Assembly: GCA_050309605.1 (NCBI GenBank)
Contig: JBNRMN010000067.1
Location: 32,001 to 96,000, forward strand
Origin: Anaerohalosphaeraceae bacterium
Lineage (GTDB): Bacteria; Planctomycetota; Phycisphaerae; Sedimentisphaerales; Anaerohalosphaeraceae
Reading direction: 5' to 3'
Length of the DNA stretch: 64,000 nucleotides
The notes under the pieces are model-generated. The model was not told where the DNA came from. It ran no database searches and was given only the letters and a program-made list of their open reading frames with translations. The position numbers and the translations under genes were made by a program. Shown here one piece after another: positions 30,039 through 38,288 of the stretch (the first letter of the stretch is position 1; the number at the start of each line of letters is the position of its first letter).

Positions 30039-31244
30039 TTATGATTGGTTTCTTTTTTGTGCCAGCTCGAAGGTGTCGGCGGCGATGGCCGCTTCTTCGT
30101 CCGTCGGAATCACAAACACCCTGACGCGCGAGGCCTCACTGCTGATGAGCCGCTCTTTCGGCTCGGCGGCGGTGTTGCGCGTCGGATCGATGGCGATACC
30201 GATTTGTGTCTGGTCGGCGCAGATGTGATGGCGCAGCAGGGCGTTGTTCTCGCCGATGCCGCCGGTAAACACCACGGCGTCCAGACGGCCCATCGCGGCT
30301 GTGTACGCGCCGATGTATTTGGTAATCCGATAGCAGAAAATGTCAATCGCCAGTTGGGCACGCTGATGCCCTTCGGCCGCCCGCTCGAGCAGATTGCGCA
30401 TATCGTTTGAAATTCCCGAGATGCCCAGCAGCCCGCTTTGCTTGTTGCACATGGCGTTGAGCTGTTTGATGTCGTAGCCCTTATCGGCCAGATAAAACAG
30501 AATCGCCGGATCCATATCCCCGCATCGCGTGCCCATCACCACACCTTCCAGCGGCGTCAATCCCATCGAGGTATCGACACTTTTGCCGCCTTTGACCGCG
30601 GTAATAGAGCAGCCGTTGCCCAGATGGCAGGTGATGACATTGACTTGTGTTTTGTCGGCATCCAGCAGCGCTGCGCAGCGGCGGGCGACATAGCGATGGC
30701 TCGTGCCGTGAAAGCCGTACCGACGCACGCGATAGGTTTCGTAAATTTCATACGGCAGGCCGTACAGATAGGCGGTCTTCGGGATGCTCGTATGAAACGC
30801 CGTGTCAAAGCAGGCCGCCTGCAACGCATCGGGCAGCGCGTGCATGGCTGCGCGGATGCCGGTCAGATTTGGCGGATTATGCAGCGGCGCCAAATCCGCA
30901 TAGCGTTGGATCGATTCGAGGACGTGCTCGTTGATGACCACCGAGCCGGTAAATTCCTCGCCGCCGTGGACGACACGATGGCCGACCGCCTGGATCTCGT
31001 CGATGCGGCTGACCACGCCGATTTTCGCATCCGCCAGTGTGCTCAAAATCACCTGCATTCCCGTGTCGTGATCCGGGGCGTCCACGCCGGCGGTATGTTC
31101 GGTGTTGTTGTACTTGTGGACCAGATTCGCCTGCGGCTCGCCGATACGCTCAACCATACCCCGCGCCACAATCGACCGTTGCGGCATCTCGAACAACTGA
31201 TATTTAATCGACGAACTGCCCGCGTTAATCACCAATATTTTCAT
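30039..31244 (-). CDS. ackA: Acetate kinase
   Basis: LVINAGSSSIK, GHRVVHGG, LAPLHNP, FDTAFH, YGFHGTSH, HLGNG, FTGGIGEN. Confidence 0.98.
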   Translation of the reverse strand: MKILVINAGSSSIKYQLFEMPQRSIVARGMVERIGEPQANLVHKYNNTEHTAGVDAPDHDTGMQVILSTLADAKIGVVSRIDEIQAVGHRVVHGGEEFTGSVVINEHVLESIQRYADLAPLHNPPNLTGIRAAMHALPDALQAACFDTAFHTSIPKTAYLYGLPYEIYETYRVRRYGFHGTSHRYVARRCAALLDADKTQVNVITCHLGNGCSITAVKGGKSVDTSMGLTPLEGVVMGTRCGDMDPAILFYLADKGYDIKQLNAMCNKQSGLLGISGISNDMRNLLERAAEGHQRAQLAIDIFCYRITKYIGAYTAAMGRLDAVVFTGGIGENNALLRHHICADQTQIGIAIDPTRNTAAEPKERLISSEASRVRVFVIPTDEEAAIAADTFELAQKRNQS

Positions 31245-31435
31245 ACAAGAACAACCTTTCTGATATAAATCCCCATTGTATTCAAATAAAAGGCCTATTA
31301 TGTGCAAAAATATCACTTTCGTCAACGCCTCTCCTGAAAAACCGGGGCTTTCTAAAGCCGGCTCGCGAAAACGCCGATAGATTCTGAACGGTCGCACGTG
31401 ATATATTGTCGAGATATGAGGAAGGGATTTTTACA

Positions 31436-32065
31436 GTGCCCCAAAAACGCAATCAGCGAGCCTTAAACGCCATTCGGCTGCTGCGAACGCGGCAGCGCAA
31501 GCAGGCTCAAAAGATAGATATTCTGTGTCGGGATATGGTCTCGGCTCACGAACAATTTTCGCTGAAATTGACGCGGCTGGCGTTTGCGGCCTCTTTTTAT
31601 GAGTCGCTGCTGGCCTGTGCCGGGTTGGAAGAGACGCTCGATCGGGCCGTGGAGCTGCTGCGCGCCGATGTGCCGCAATCCGGGGCGGCGATTTTTCTGG
31701 CCGAGGCGTCCGGCTTTGATGTGCATCTGGCCAAGTCAGCCGACCAGAACCAGGTCGAAAAATCGCATTTTCAATGCTGGTTTACACGCCAAATCGTTCG
31801 ACAAATCAGCCAGACCAACCGCGTCTGCACGCTGTCGGAGATGCTGAAAATGGGTTTGCAGGCGCCGCCTTCAGCGCTCAAGACGCTCTCGGCCGCGGCG
31901 GTTCCGCTGGGCCGACTGGGACAGGGCGTCGGCTTTGTCCTGGTTTACCGCACTGCCGAAAACCCCTTGCTGGCCGAGGAGCTGTCGCGCATCGCCGCCG
32001 TGACGCCGGGTCTGCGCGAGGCGGTTATCCGCTTCAAACCCGCCGCCGTCAATCTCAAAACATAG
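31436..32065 (+). CDS. Hypothetical protein, coiled coil plus possible GAF-like domain
   Basis: Genome-like codon usage, RBS gaggaagg before GTG; LEETLDRAVELL...AAVPL...GFVLVYR...EELSRIAAV pattern. Confidence 0.55.
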   Translation: MPQKRNQRALNAIRLLRTRQRKQAQKIDILCRDMVSAHEQFSLKLTRLAFAASFYESLLACAGLEETLDRAVELLRADVPQSGAAIFLAEASGFDVHLAKSADQNQVEKSHFQCWFTRQIVRQISQTNRVCTLSEMLKMGLQAPPSALKTLSAAAVPLGRLGQGVGFVLVYRTAENPLLAEELSRIAAVTPGLREAVIRFKPAAVNLKT

Positions 32066-32233
32066 CGGCTATGACTCGGTCATGACCAGCCGGTTGTTGA
32101 GCGTTGCGACAACCTTTGTCAACTGCTTTCATGCCGTTTATCTATTCTTCATTAAACCTTTCTTAAACAAGGGGTTGTAGATTATCTACTTCAATTCAAG
32201 ACCATTCTTTGTCTTATTTGGGAAAAATTTTTA

Positions 32234-32262
32234 TTGACCTATTATTGTAAAACGAATAAGAT
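32234..32262 (+). promoter_or_regulatory. Sigma70-type promoter for the 1031-aa gene
   Basis: TTGACC-N17-TAAGAT with AT-rich upstream sequence. Confidence 0.5.
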
Positions 32263-32304
32263 TAATACGAAAAATTAATATCGGAAGTCCACTGGACTTA
32301 TTCG

Positions 32305-32453
32305 TTCCCACTGAAACCGCCAAAAACAAGTGTGCGAAAAGAACGAAAGCCAGTGCCCCAGTTTGGGGCGCTGCTTGCATGTCTTTTCGTGGGCCTTGGC
32401 GGGCCTCAGTGGGGCATGGTAGAGCAGTGCCTCTTTTTGCGAGAATGGCTCGC
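32305..32453 (+). promoter_or_regulatory. Structured 5' leader: 110-nt imperfect stem-loop plus overlapping terminator-like hairpin
   Basis: Nested arms cccactga/tcagtggg, ccgccaa/ttggcgg, cgaaaaga/tcttttcg, cagtgcccca/tggggcgctg; then ggggcat/gtgcctc followed by ttttt. Confidence 0.5.
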
Positions 32454-32503
32454 GATGGAGGATCAAAATAAAACGAAGGGTTTATTTTGAAAGGGACAGG
32501 AAA

Positions 32504-35500
32504 ATGAAGGCAATTCTGAGTGTTTTGTATTTGAGTGTATTGGTTTGTACTGCTTCGGCGGGAAATCTTTCGTTGGTTGCAGATACGGTTGACCCGGATC
32601 CGAATGATGTGATTACAGTCTGGGTTCACGCCAGTGATCCACTGTTTTTTTTGAATTTAAAGGTTTTTGTTGTTGGTGATGCCGCTGTCATTTCGGCGAT
32701 GAGTGAGTCTGACTGCGATGAGTACGGCTGGGATACCAGCATTTATGAAGAACCAACGATTAATCTTGAAGGTAGTCTTTACATAGGCGGTATTTGCTGG
32801 GCGGCCGACGCCAACGATATTGTCGGTTATTTTTCCTTTCGCTATAACAGCGGCCAAGTGGTTGTTTTCATTGATGATGAAAACTCTTTTGCATTTCATT
32901 GGAACGAAAGTTTTACTCTTTCAACCGATGTACTTTTGTTTGGTGAGCCGACTTTACCGGAACCGCAGGAACCCAACGAGCCATCGGCTGTACTGTTACA
33001 ATGTCCTCCCAATACCGGTGGTTCCCGTCGAGTATCCAGCGGAGAAAGGGGTATTTATTTTGACGAACGAACAAAAGAATTCGGGTTGCTTCGGGACGGT
33101 CTTGATTCAGAGCCAAATATCATAGTTGTTAATGCAGACATTACAACAAATCAAATTTGGACGGCGGACAATGTTTATTATATAAATGGAGAGATGGTAA
33201 ATGTTCAGTCATTGCTTGTGATTGAGCCGGGAACAATAGTTATTTTTGGTTATGATTGTGCGTTGTATGTCAACAATGGCGGCGCGGTGATTTCCAGAGG
33301 CACGCCGGATGAACCTATCCTCTATACCTGCGACTACTTATATTTTTATTATCCAGAGGAAATCGGTACCTATTGGATCGATTTATATTATTCTGGATAC
33401 TCCTATTATTTTTGTCCTCTCTATATTGAAGAAACAGCCTCGCCTGCGACGATGGTCTCCTATAGCTTTATTGAAGGCGCTACAGTTGGAATTGCCACAA
33501 ACAACATTCGCCTTGACTATCCAATTGAAAATAATTATCTCTTTGGTAATGTTTATGGAATTGGTGAATATGGTCCCGAACTTACGGATATAAAGAATAA
33601 CCTTTGTTTTTTCAACGACGTATCCGGTATCGATGTATTTCTTGGCGATCCTAATGGTATTGCCAGCGCCCACAGTACGATAGCCATCGAAAATAACACA
33701 TGCGATACATACCAATATTTTGGCATCACGGTTCACGGCGTATCCGATGCCAATGAAACTGCAACAGTTATACTGGTTAACAATATTGTATCCGGATCTA
33801 ATGGATATGGATTGAATCTGGTAGATGATTCTATGCGGGCTATCGTAGCCAACAATGGATATTATGACAATTGGGGCAATAAGAACTGGGAATTTGAGGA
33901 ACATTGTCCTATTCAGACGTATGAATATCCGTTTGTGGCCGGCGAACGAATGTTTGAAACGCATTTTCTTGTTCAGGACTGTAATTTCATTGACGTAGGA
34001 ACCGCTTATGTCGAGCAAACACGGCTGATCGGGATGACAACTGATGTCAACAGTCTGCCGGATAACGGCATTATTGACCTTGGCTTTCATTATTCGAATT
34101 GGCATTATGTGAACACAGGCATCGGTTTTGCAGATACAGATTTCAATCAAGATGGCATAACAGATTATCAGGATTTGTTCATCTTGGCTTCACAGTGGTT
34201 GGAGACCGTCACTTCGGTCAGCGAAGGAGATCTGAATGATGACGGTGTAATCGACTTTGAAGATTTTTCCACCTTTTCAGCAGCATGGCGAAAAATGCAA
34301 GGGACTCCTAATGTTACTGCAACCATGACTATTTCGGATGAGGACAGATCTATCAAAATAGAAGCGGAATACGGAAGCAATTCAATTTATCAGTCTTATT
34401 TGTTGATTGATGGTGTATATATTGCTGAATTAGTGTTTTCAGAAAACATATTCCATCGGACAGTATTTACACCTTGGCTTTCATTAGGACAACATGAAGC
34501 ACGCATTATAGGAATCAGTGAACAGGGTGTTGTTTGCTCTACTCCAGTTTCTTTCGAAATCGACAATAAGATTGGACCTTGCGCGGTTCCTGTTAATTTT
34601 GAGCCGGGCGAACCGTTAACATTTCATATAATTGCCGATGCAAATTCCATTCAAGTTAAAGCCCATTCATGGGATGATTGTGTATGGCAGGAAACATACC
34701 CAATGGGTTCAGTATCCGGTTTTGTTCCTGCCTGGGTAACAGATACAAATGATGTTGAATATTTAGAGTTTCGATGTGGTGCTGACAGCAACTCATTTGA
34801 ATTGATGAGCGCACAAAGTTTAATTGTTCCTTTAAGTGCGATGCGCAAACACGATCCCAATGATATACGAGCTTTAATTGTTCTGCCTGATTTTTGGGTA
34901 AATCGAGTTAACAGTGGTTTAATACGAAGTTATAAGAATTTATTAAAAACACGAAACATACCATATAAAGTATTGGGCTTTTACTCATCCTCTCTGAAAA
35001 ATCTAAGGTACTATGCACAAAACTACAATATCCAATATTTGATTATCAATAGTCATGGAAATTATCGTTATCCAGGTACAGACGTTTTAAGAACCACGAT
35101 ATTGCTTGACGATGGAAATGTTGTTTCCGATAAAATTACTCGACCTGGATCGCCAACTTATTTAGAACGGTTGCCCGGTGATATAGAACATACAGCTCGA
35201 ACATGGGCAGAAATTGGTTTTACGAATTTGAAATACGTACATAACGACAGTTGTTATGGGGGACGATTGTACATTAACAGTTCATGGCAACTCACAGAGG
35301 GTGCTTCCGGACAACAAGGGCTTTTTTCTATGCCGCATAATGATATGACTATTGCATTAAACTTATTATCTAATGATTCTAAATTTTACCTTAGTTGGTA
35401 TAAGGAATTTGAAGGTGGATATGCAAGTAAATATTATCAATTCTCCTGCAATGTCATTGCGAAACTTGAAGAAGGTAAAGATTTATATGAGTCATTGCTT

Positions 35501-35599
35501 TATGCAATTTCTCAATGCACAGGTTCAGGCGACAAAGACCCTCGCAATGATTATCGTGTTTTAGGTCAGGGATTTATACAAAACTTTCGGATTAATTAG
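32504..35599 (+). CDS. Secreted modular protein: cohesin-like N-domain, beta-helix, internal dockerin-like domain, Ig-like segment, C-terminal caspase-hemoglobinase-fold (clan CD-like) peptidase
   Basis: Signal peptide; PTLPEPQEPNEP linker; LVIEPGT/GTPDEPILYT beta-helix start; DFNQDGITDYQD...GDLNDDGVIDFEDF; YLIINSHG and YVHNDSC; AT-rich. Confidence 0.7.
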   Translation: MKAILSVLYLSVLVCTASAGNLSLVADTVDPDPNDVITVWVHASDPLFFLNLKVFVVGDAAVISAMSESDCDEYGWDTSIYEEPTINLEGSLYIGGICWAADANDIVGYFSFRYNSGQVVVFIDDENSFAFHWNESFTLSTDVLLFGEPTLPEPQEPNEPSAVLLQCPPNTGGSRRVSSGERGIYFDERTKEFGLLRDGLDSEPNIIVVNADITTNQIWTADNVYYINGEMVNVQSLLVIEPGTIVIFGYDCALYVNNGGAVISRGTPDEPILYTCDYLYFYYPEEIGTYWIDLYYSGYSYYFCPLYIEETASPATMVSYSFIEGATVGIATNNIRLDYPIENNYLFGNVYGIGEYGPELTDIKNNLCFFNDVSGIDVFLGDPNGIASAHSTIAIENNTCDTYQYFGITVHGVSDANETATVILVNNIVSGSNGYGLNLVDDSMRAIVANNGYYDNWGNKNWEFEEHCPIQTYEYPFVAGERMFETHFLVQDCNFIDVGTAYVEQTRLIGMTTDVNSLPDNGIIDLGFHYSNWHYVNTGIGFADTDFNQDGITDYQDLFILASQWLETVTSVSEGDLNDDGVIDFEDFSTFSAAWRKMQGTPNVTATMTISDEDRSIKIEAEYGSNSIYQSYLLIDGVYIAELVFSENIFHRTVFTPWLSLGQHEARIIGISEQGVVCSTPVSFEIDNKIGPCAVPVNFEPGEPLTFHIIADANSIQVKAHSWDDCVWQETYPMGSVSGFVPAWVTDTNDVEYLEFRCGADSNSFELMSAQSLIVPLSAMRKHDPNDIRALIVLPDFWVNRVNSGLIRSYKNLLKTRNIPYKVLGFYSSSLKNLRYYAQNYNIQYLIINSHGNYRYPGTDVLRTTILLDDGNVVSDKITRPGSPTYLERLPGDIEHTARTWAEIGFTNLKYVHNDSCYGGRLYINSSWQLTEGASGQQGLFSMPHNDMTIALNLLSNDSKFYLSWYKEFEGGYASKYYQFSCNVIAKLEEGKDLYESLLYAISQCTGSGDKDPRNDYRVLGQGFIQNFRIN

Positions 35600-35615
35600 C
35601 GTGAAAGGGCTGAAT

Positions 35616-36152
35616 ATGAACGTTAAAAATCTTGTGATTATTATTTTGCTGATAGCTGTTGTTTTGTTGTCGATTTTCTTGTATCGCGCGACGAGGGTTT
35701 CCCGAACGCTCGAAAAGCTGGCTTTAAGAGTTCCTGAGACTGTACCGGTTGATGTTTTTGTTATCGGGATGACCGAGGCGGTTCAACAGCAAAATCAGAT
35801 ATGTTCTGAACTGACGTCGCAGGTTTGGTGGCTTCGGAGACATCTTGAAAAGACTCTCGACTTCATCGAAAAGGAGAAAAATTTTGAGCCAATCTTTATT
35901 ATAGATCCCTTAATGAATAGAAAACTGCTGCCATCGGAGTATTTACTTGATCCGGGTCCTTTTGTCATTCCTTATCAAAAACCAGAGTATAAATTCCCCG
36001 ATGATTCAAGAGATGAATACGGTCTTGAAGCACTTCGCAGCTTTATGAATCTTCATTCTCGCTCATCCCAACTTGCGGCAGGGCAGTCTATGGAGATGCT
36101 TATCAAAAATTTTTACACGAGACTGCAACGATTGGATGAGATGAGAAAATAA
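35616..36152 (+). CDS. Hypothetical membrane-anchored protein (candidate immunity/partner protein)
   Basis: One N-terminal hydrophobic helix; directly follows the 1031-aa gene (alternative GTG start at 35601); AT-rich. Confidence 0.65.
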   Translation: MNVKNLVIIILLIAVVLLSIFLYRATRVSRTLEKLALRVPETVPVDVFVIGMTEAVQQQNQICSELTSQVWWLRRHLEKTLDFIEKEKNFEPIFIIDPLMNRKLLPSEYLLDPGPFVIPYQKPEYKFPDDSRDEYGLEALRSFMNLHSRSSQLAAGQSMEMLIKNFYTRLQRLDEMRK

Positions 36153-36153
36153 A

Positions 36154-37884
36154 TCAAGTATTCACCGTACAGCCGTTTTCGTCGATGTGGATCTCGGCGC
36201 TGAGTCCTTTGATGGAAGGATACTCCCATGATGTTCCGTCGGGGCTGGTCAGTACGGCCCTGTCGGGGCGGATGGCGAGGGTGAACGTCTTTTGTTCGCC
36301 GCGGCGGCTCAGGACCGAGGCCATCAGGAAGGCCTTTTCGACGCCGTCGCCGGTGTGGTAGTTGGCCGCCTCATCGGGCTGGGCCAGTCGCGTGCCGTCA
36401 TAGATGGACGCGCCCGGCAGGCCGGTCAGCCAACTGTGAATCTGTTCGGCGGTCATGGACTCGGTTTTTTCGGCGCTGACGGGACTGCGTTCAATGGCCG
36501 CCTTGACAAACGGCCGCCAGTCGCAGCGGGTCATATCCCGATACGCATAGAAGGCCAAATCGACGACCGGATTTGCGTCGCGCATCTGCTCCAGATAATC
36601 AATCACGTCTTCGCGGCTCCAGTCGGGGTTCAGTACAATCGGCTCGACGCGGTGAAATTGTTTGTCTTCGGCGTTGGGCAGTTTCGGTTCAATATGCAGA
36701 AAATCCAGCAGGTCGGCGACCCATTGCTCGGCCTCGGGCACAAACGGTGAAACGAAGCGCGCCAGTTTATACCGGTCGCGGGGATTGTGGATGTCAATTT
36801 TTTCATACTCGATAAACGCCATCAACTGTTCACAGCAGATGCGGTCGTTGTGTTTGTAGGGTGAATAGTCTTCGCTGTTAACCTCATCGAGCAGTTTTTC
36901 AAAGGTCTCGTCATAGATGCGAAAGCGGCTGCCGTGTTCATAGCCGAACAGCACCTCGGCCTTGATGAACATCCGTTCGCCGCGGCGGTAGCGGCAAAAC
37001 TGAAAGTGCCGGTTGTATTTCGGATTGGACCGCAAAAAATTGGCCACGTTCAGTGCGTTCAGCTCGGTGCTCAGATAGCCGCGGAGCATGGCGCAGAATT
37101 TTTCATAAACGCACCGGTCAATGGTCGCATCCGGATAGAGGCAATGAATCGCTCCGGTGTTGTGAGCGACGATGGTGACCTGCTCGTTGCGAATGGCCCG
37201 CTGGGCCTTGTTGGAAATCTCCGTGCCGTTGAACCACATACTTTTGGTCACCAGTCGGCGGTTGTTGGTAATCACGCCGTCCTGAATGTCGATGTAGTTT
37301 TGCGAGTGCAGGGGGGTCAGCACCATATAAATATCATCCAGCGGGATGCCGCAGATGATAAAGGCCGCCGCCGCGTACAGCGTGGACAGTGAGACGCACT
37401 CGCCGGCACCGGTGTTGTAGCCCTCTTTCAGGCGAAAGGCGTTCATTGCCTCAACGGTTTCGGTCTTCCAGTAGGGGATGATGTCGCCTTCGTACTGGTC
37501 GAGGCCGAAATGCCGCCGAATATCGACATCAAAGTAATATTTGTCGCCTTCGTAGCCGAACAGGGCGTTGCTGCGGGCGATTTGTTCGGGGCTGAGCCAC
37601 GGCGTGAAGCGGCGCATCTCGGTGTCTTTGTCGGACAGCCCCCAGGTGTTCAGATCAAGATTGAATTCGTACTCATCCATAATGTACTGCCGCATCCGCA
37701 TCAGCCGACGCCAGGAGGTCTTGCCTTCGAGTTTTTTGAAGCAATCTTCTTCGCGCCATTTCCAGATGGCCGGACTCATGATATTGGCCAGTACCAGACT
37801 GTACATAAGCTCTGGGAATACAAAGACTTCCATGTCCGAGAGCGTGATGGCCGAACTGTATTTTTCAAGATCGCGCAAATCCAT
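36154..37884 (-). CDS. Conserved hypothetical protein with transglutaminase-like motifs
   Basis: 576-aa ORF with genome-like codon usage; GAGECVSLSTLYAAA, PLHSQNYID, and C-terminal QPDE...TGDGVEKAFLMASVL. Confidence 0.7.
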   Translation of the reverse strand: MDLRDLEKYSSAITLSDMEVFVFPELMYSLVLANIMSPAIWKWREEDCFKKLEGKTSWRRLMRMRQYIMDEYEFNLDLNTWGLSDKDTEMRRFTPWLSPEQIARSNALFGYEGDKYYFDVDIRRHFGLDQYEGDIIPYWKTETVEAMNAFRLKEGYNTGAGECVSLSTLYAAAAFIICGIPLDDIYMVLTPLHSQNYIDIQDGVITNNRRLVTKSMWFNGTEISNKAQRAIRNEQVTIVAHNTGAIHCLYPDATIDRCVYEKFCAMLRGYLSTELNALNVANFLRSNPKYNRHFQFCRYRRGERMFIKAEVLFGYEHGSRFRIYDETFEKLLDEVNSEDYSPYKHNDRICCEQLMAFIEYEKIDIHNPRDRYKLARFVSPFVPEAEQWVADLLDFLHIEPKLPNAEDKQFHRVEPIVLNPDWSREDVIDYLEQMRDANPVVDLAFYAYRDMTRCDWRPFVKAAIERSPVSAEKTESMTAEQIHSWLTGLPGASIYDGTRLAQPDEAANYHTGDGVEKAFLMASVLSRRGEQKTFTLAIRPDRAVLTSPDGTSWEYPSIKGLSAEIHIDENGCTVNT

Positions 37885-38152
37885 TTTTTTTGTCCTTTGT
37901 CAATATGGTGCGTCTATTTACTCCACCTGACCGAAGGCCAGTGTGAGAGATCAGAAATCAAAGAATCATGAGCAAAATTGAAGATTCGCCCTTTCGGGCG
38001 AGCCTTTTATGGTCTTTTTAAGGGCACTTTAAAATCTTTTATAGGCTATAGTTATGTCAAAATAGACCCGGTTTTCGCTCAGTTTCAGTATGTAATGATA
38101 TTATAGCCCGATCTCGTCTGAACGCAACAGCGGTTATTGGAGTTGTGAGGGG

Positions 38153-38181
38153 TTGACAAATACTGAGTAATTTGCTTTAAT
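38153..38181 (+). promoter_or_regulatory. Sigma70-type promoter for the GLUG-repeat gene
   Basis: TTGACA-N17-TTTAAT with an extended -10 TG. Confidence 0.5.
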
Positions 38182-38288
38182 ATCTCTATATGGCTATTAT
38201 TGCGACGGGGCGTATTGAAACCGGGACAGGTCCATACGAAGCGAGGCTGTCTTTTTCACCTGAACAGGGCGGCCGAGGGAAAGGAGTT

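Noticed and set aside
32305..32414. 110-nt hairpin as SRP (4.5S) RNA or 6S RNA
   Set aside because: It lacks the SRP domain IV GNRA tetraloop with CAGG/AGCA internal loop, and it is too short and lacks the central bubble expected for 6S
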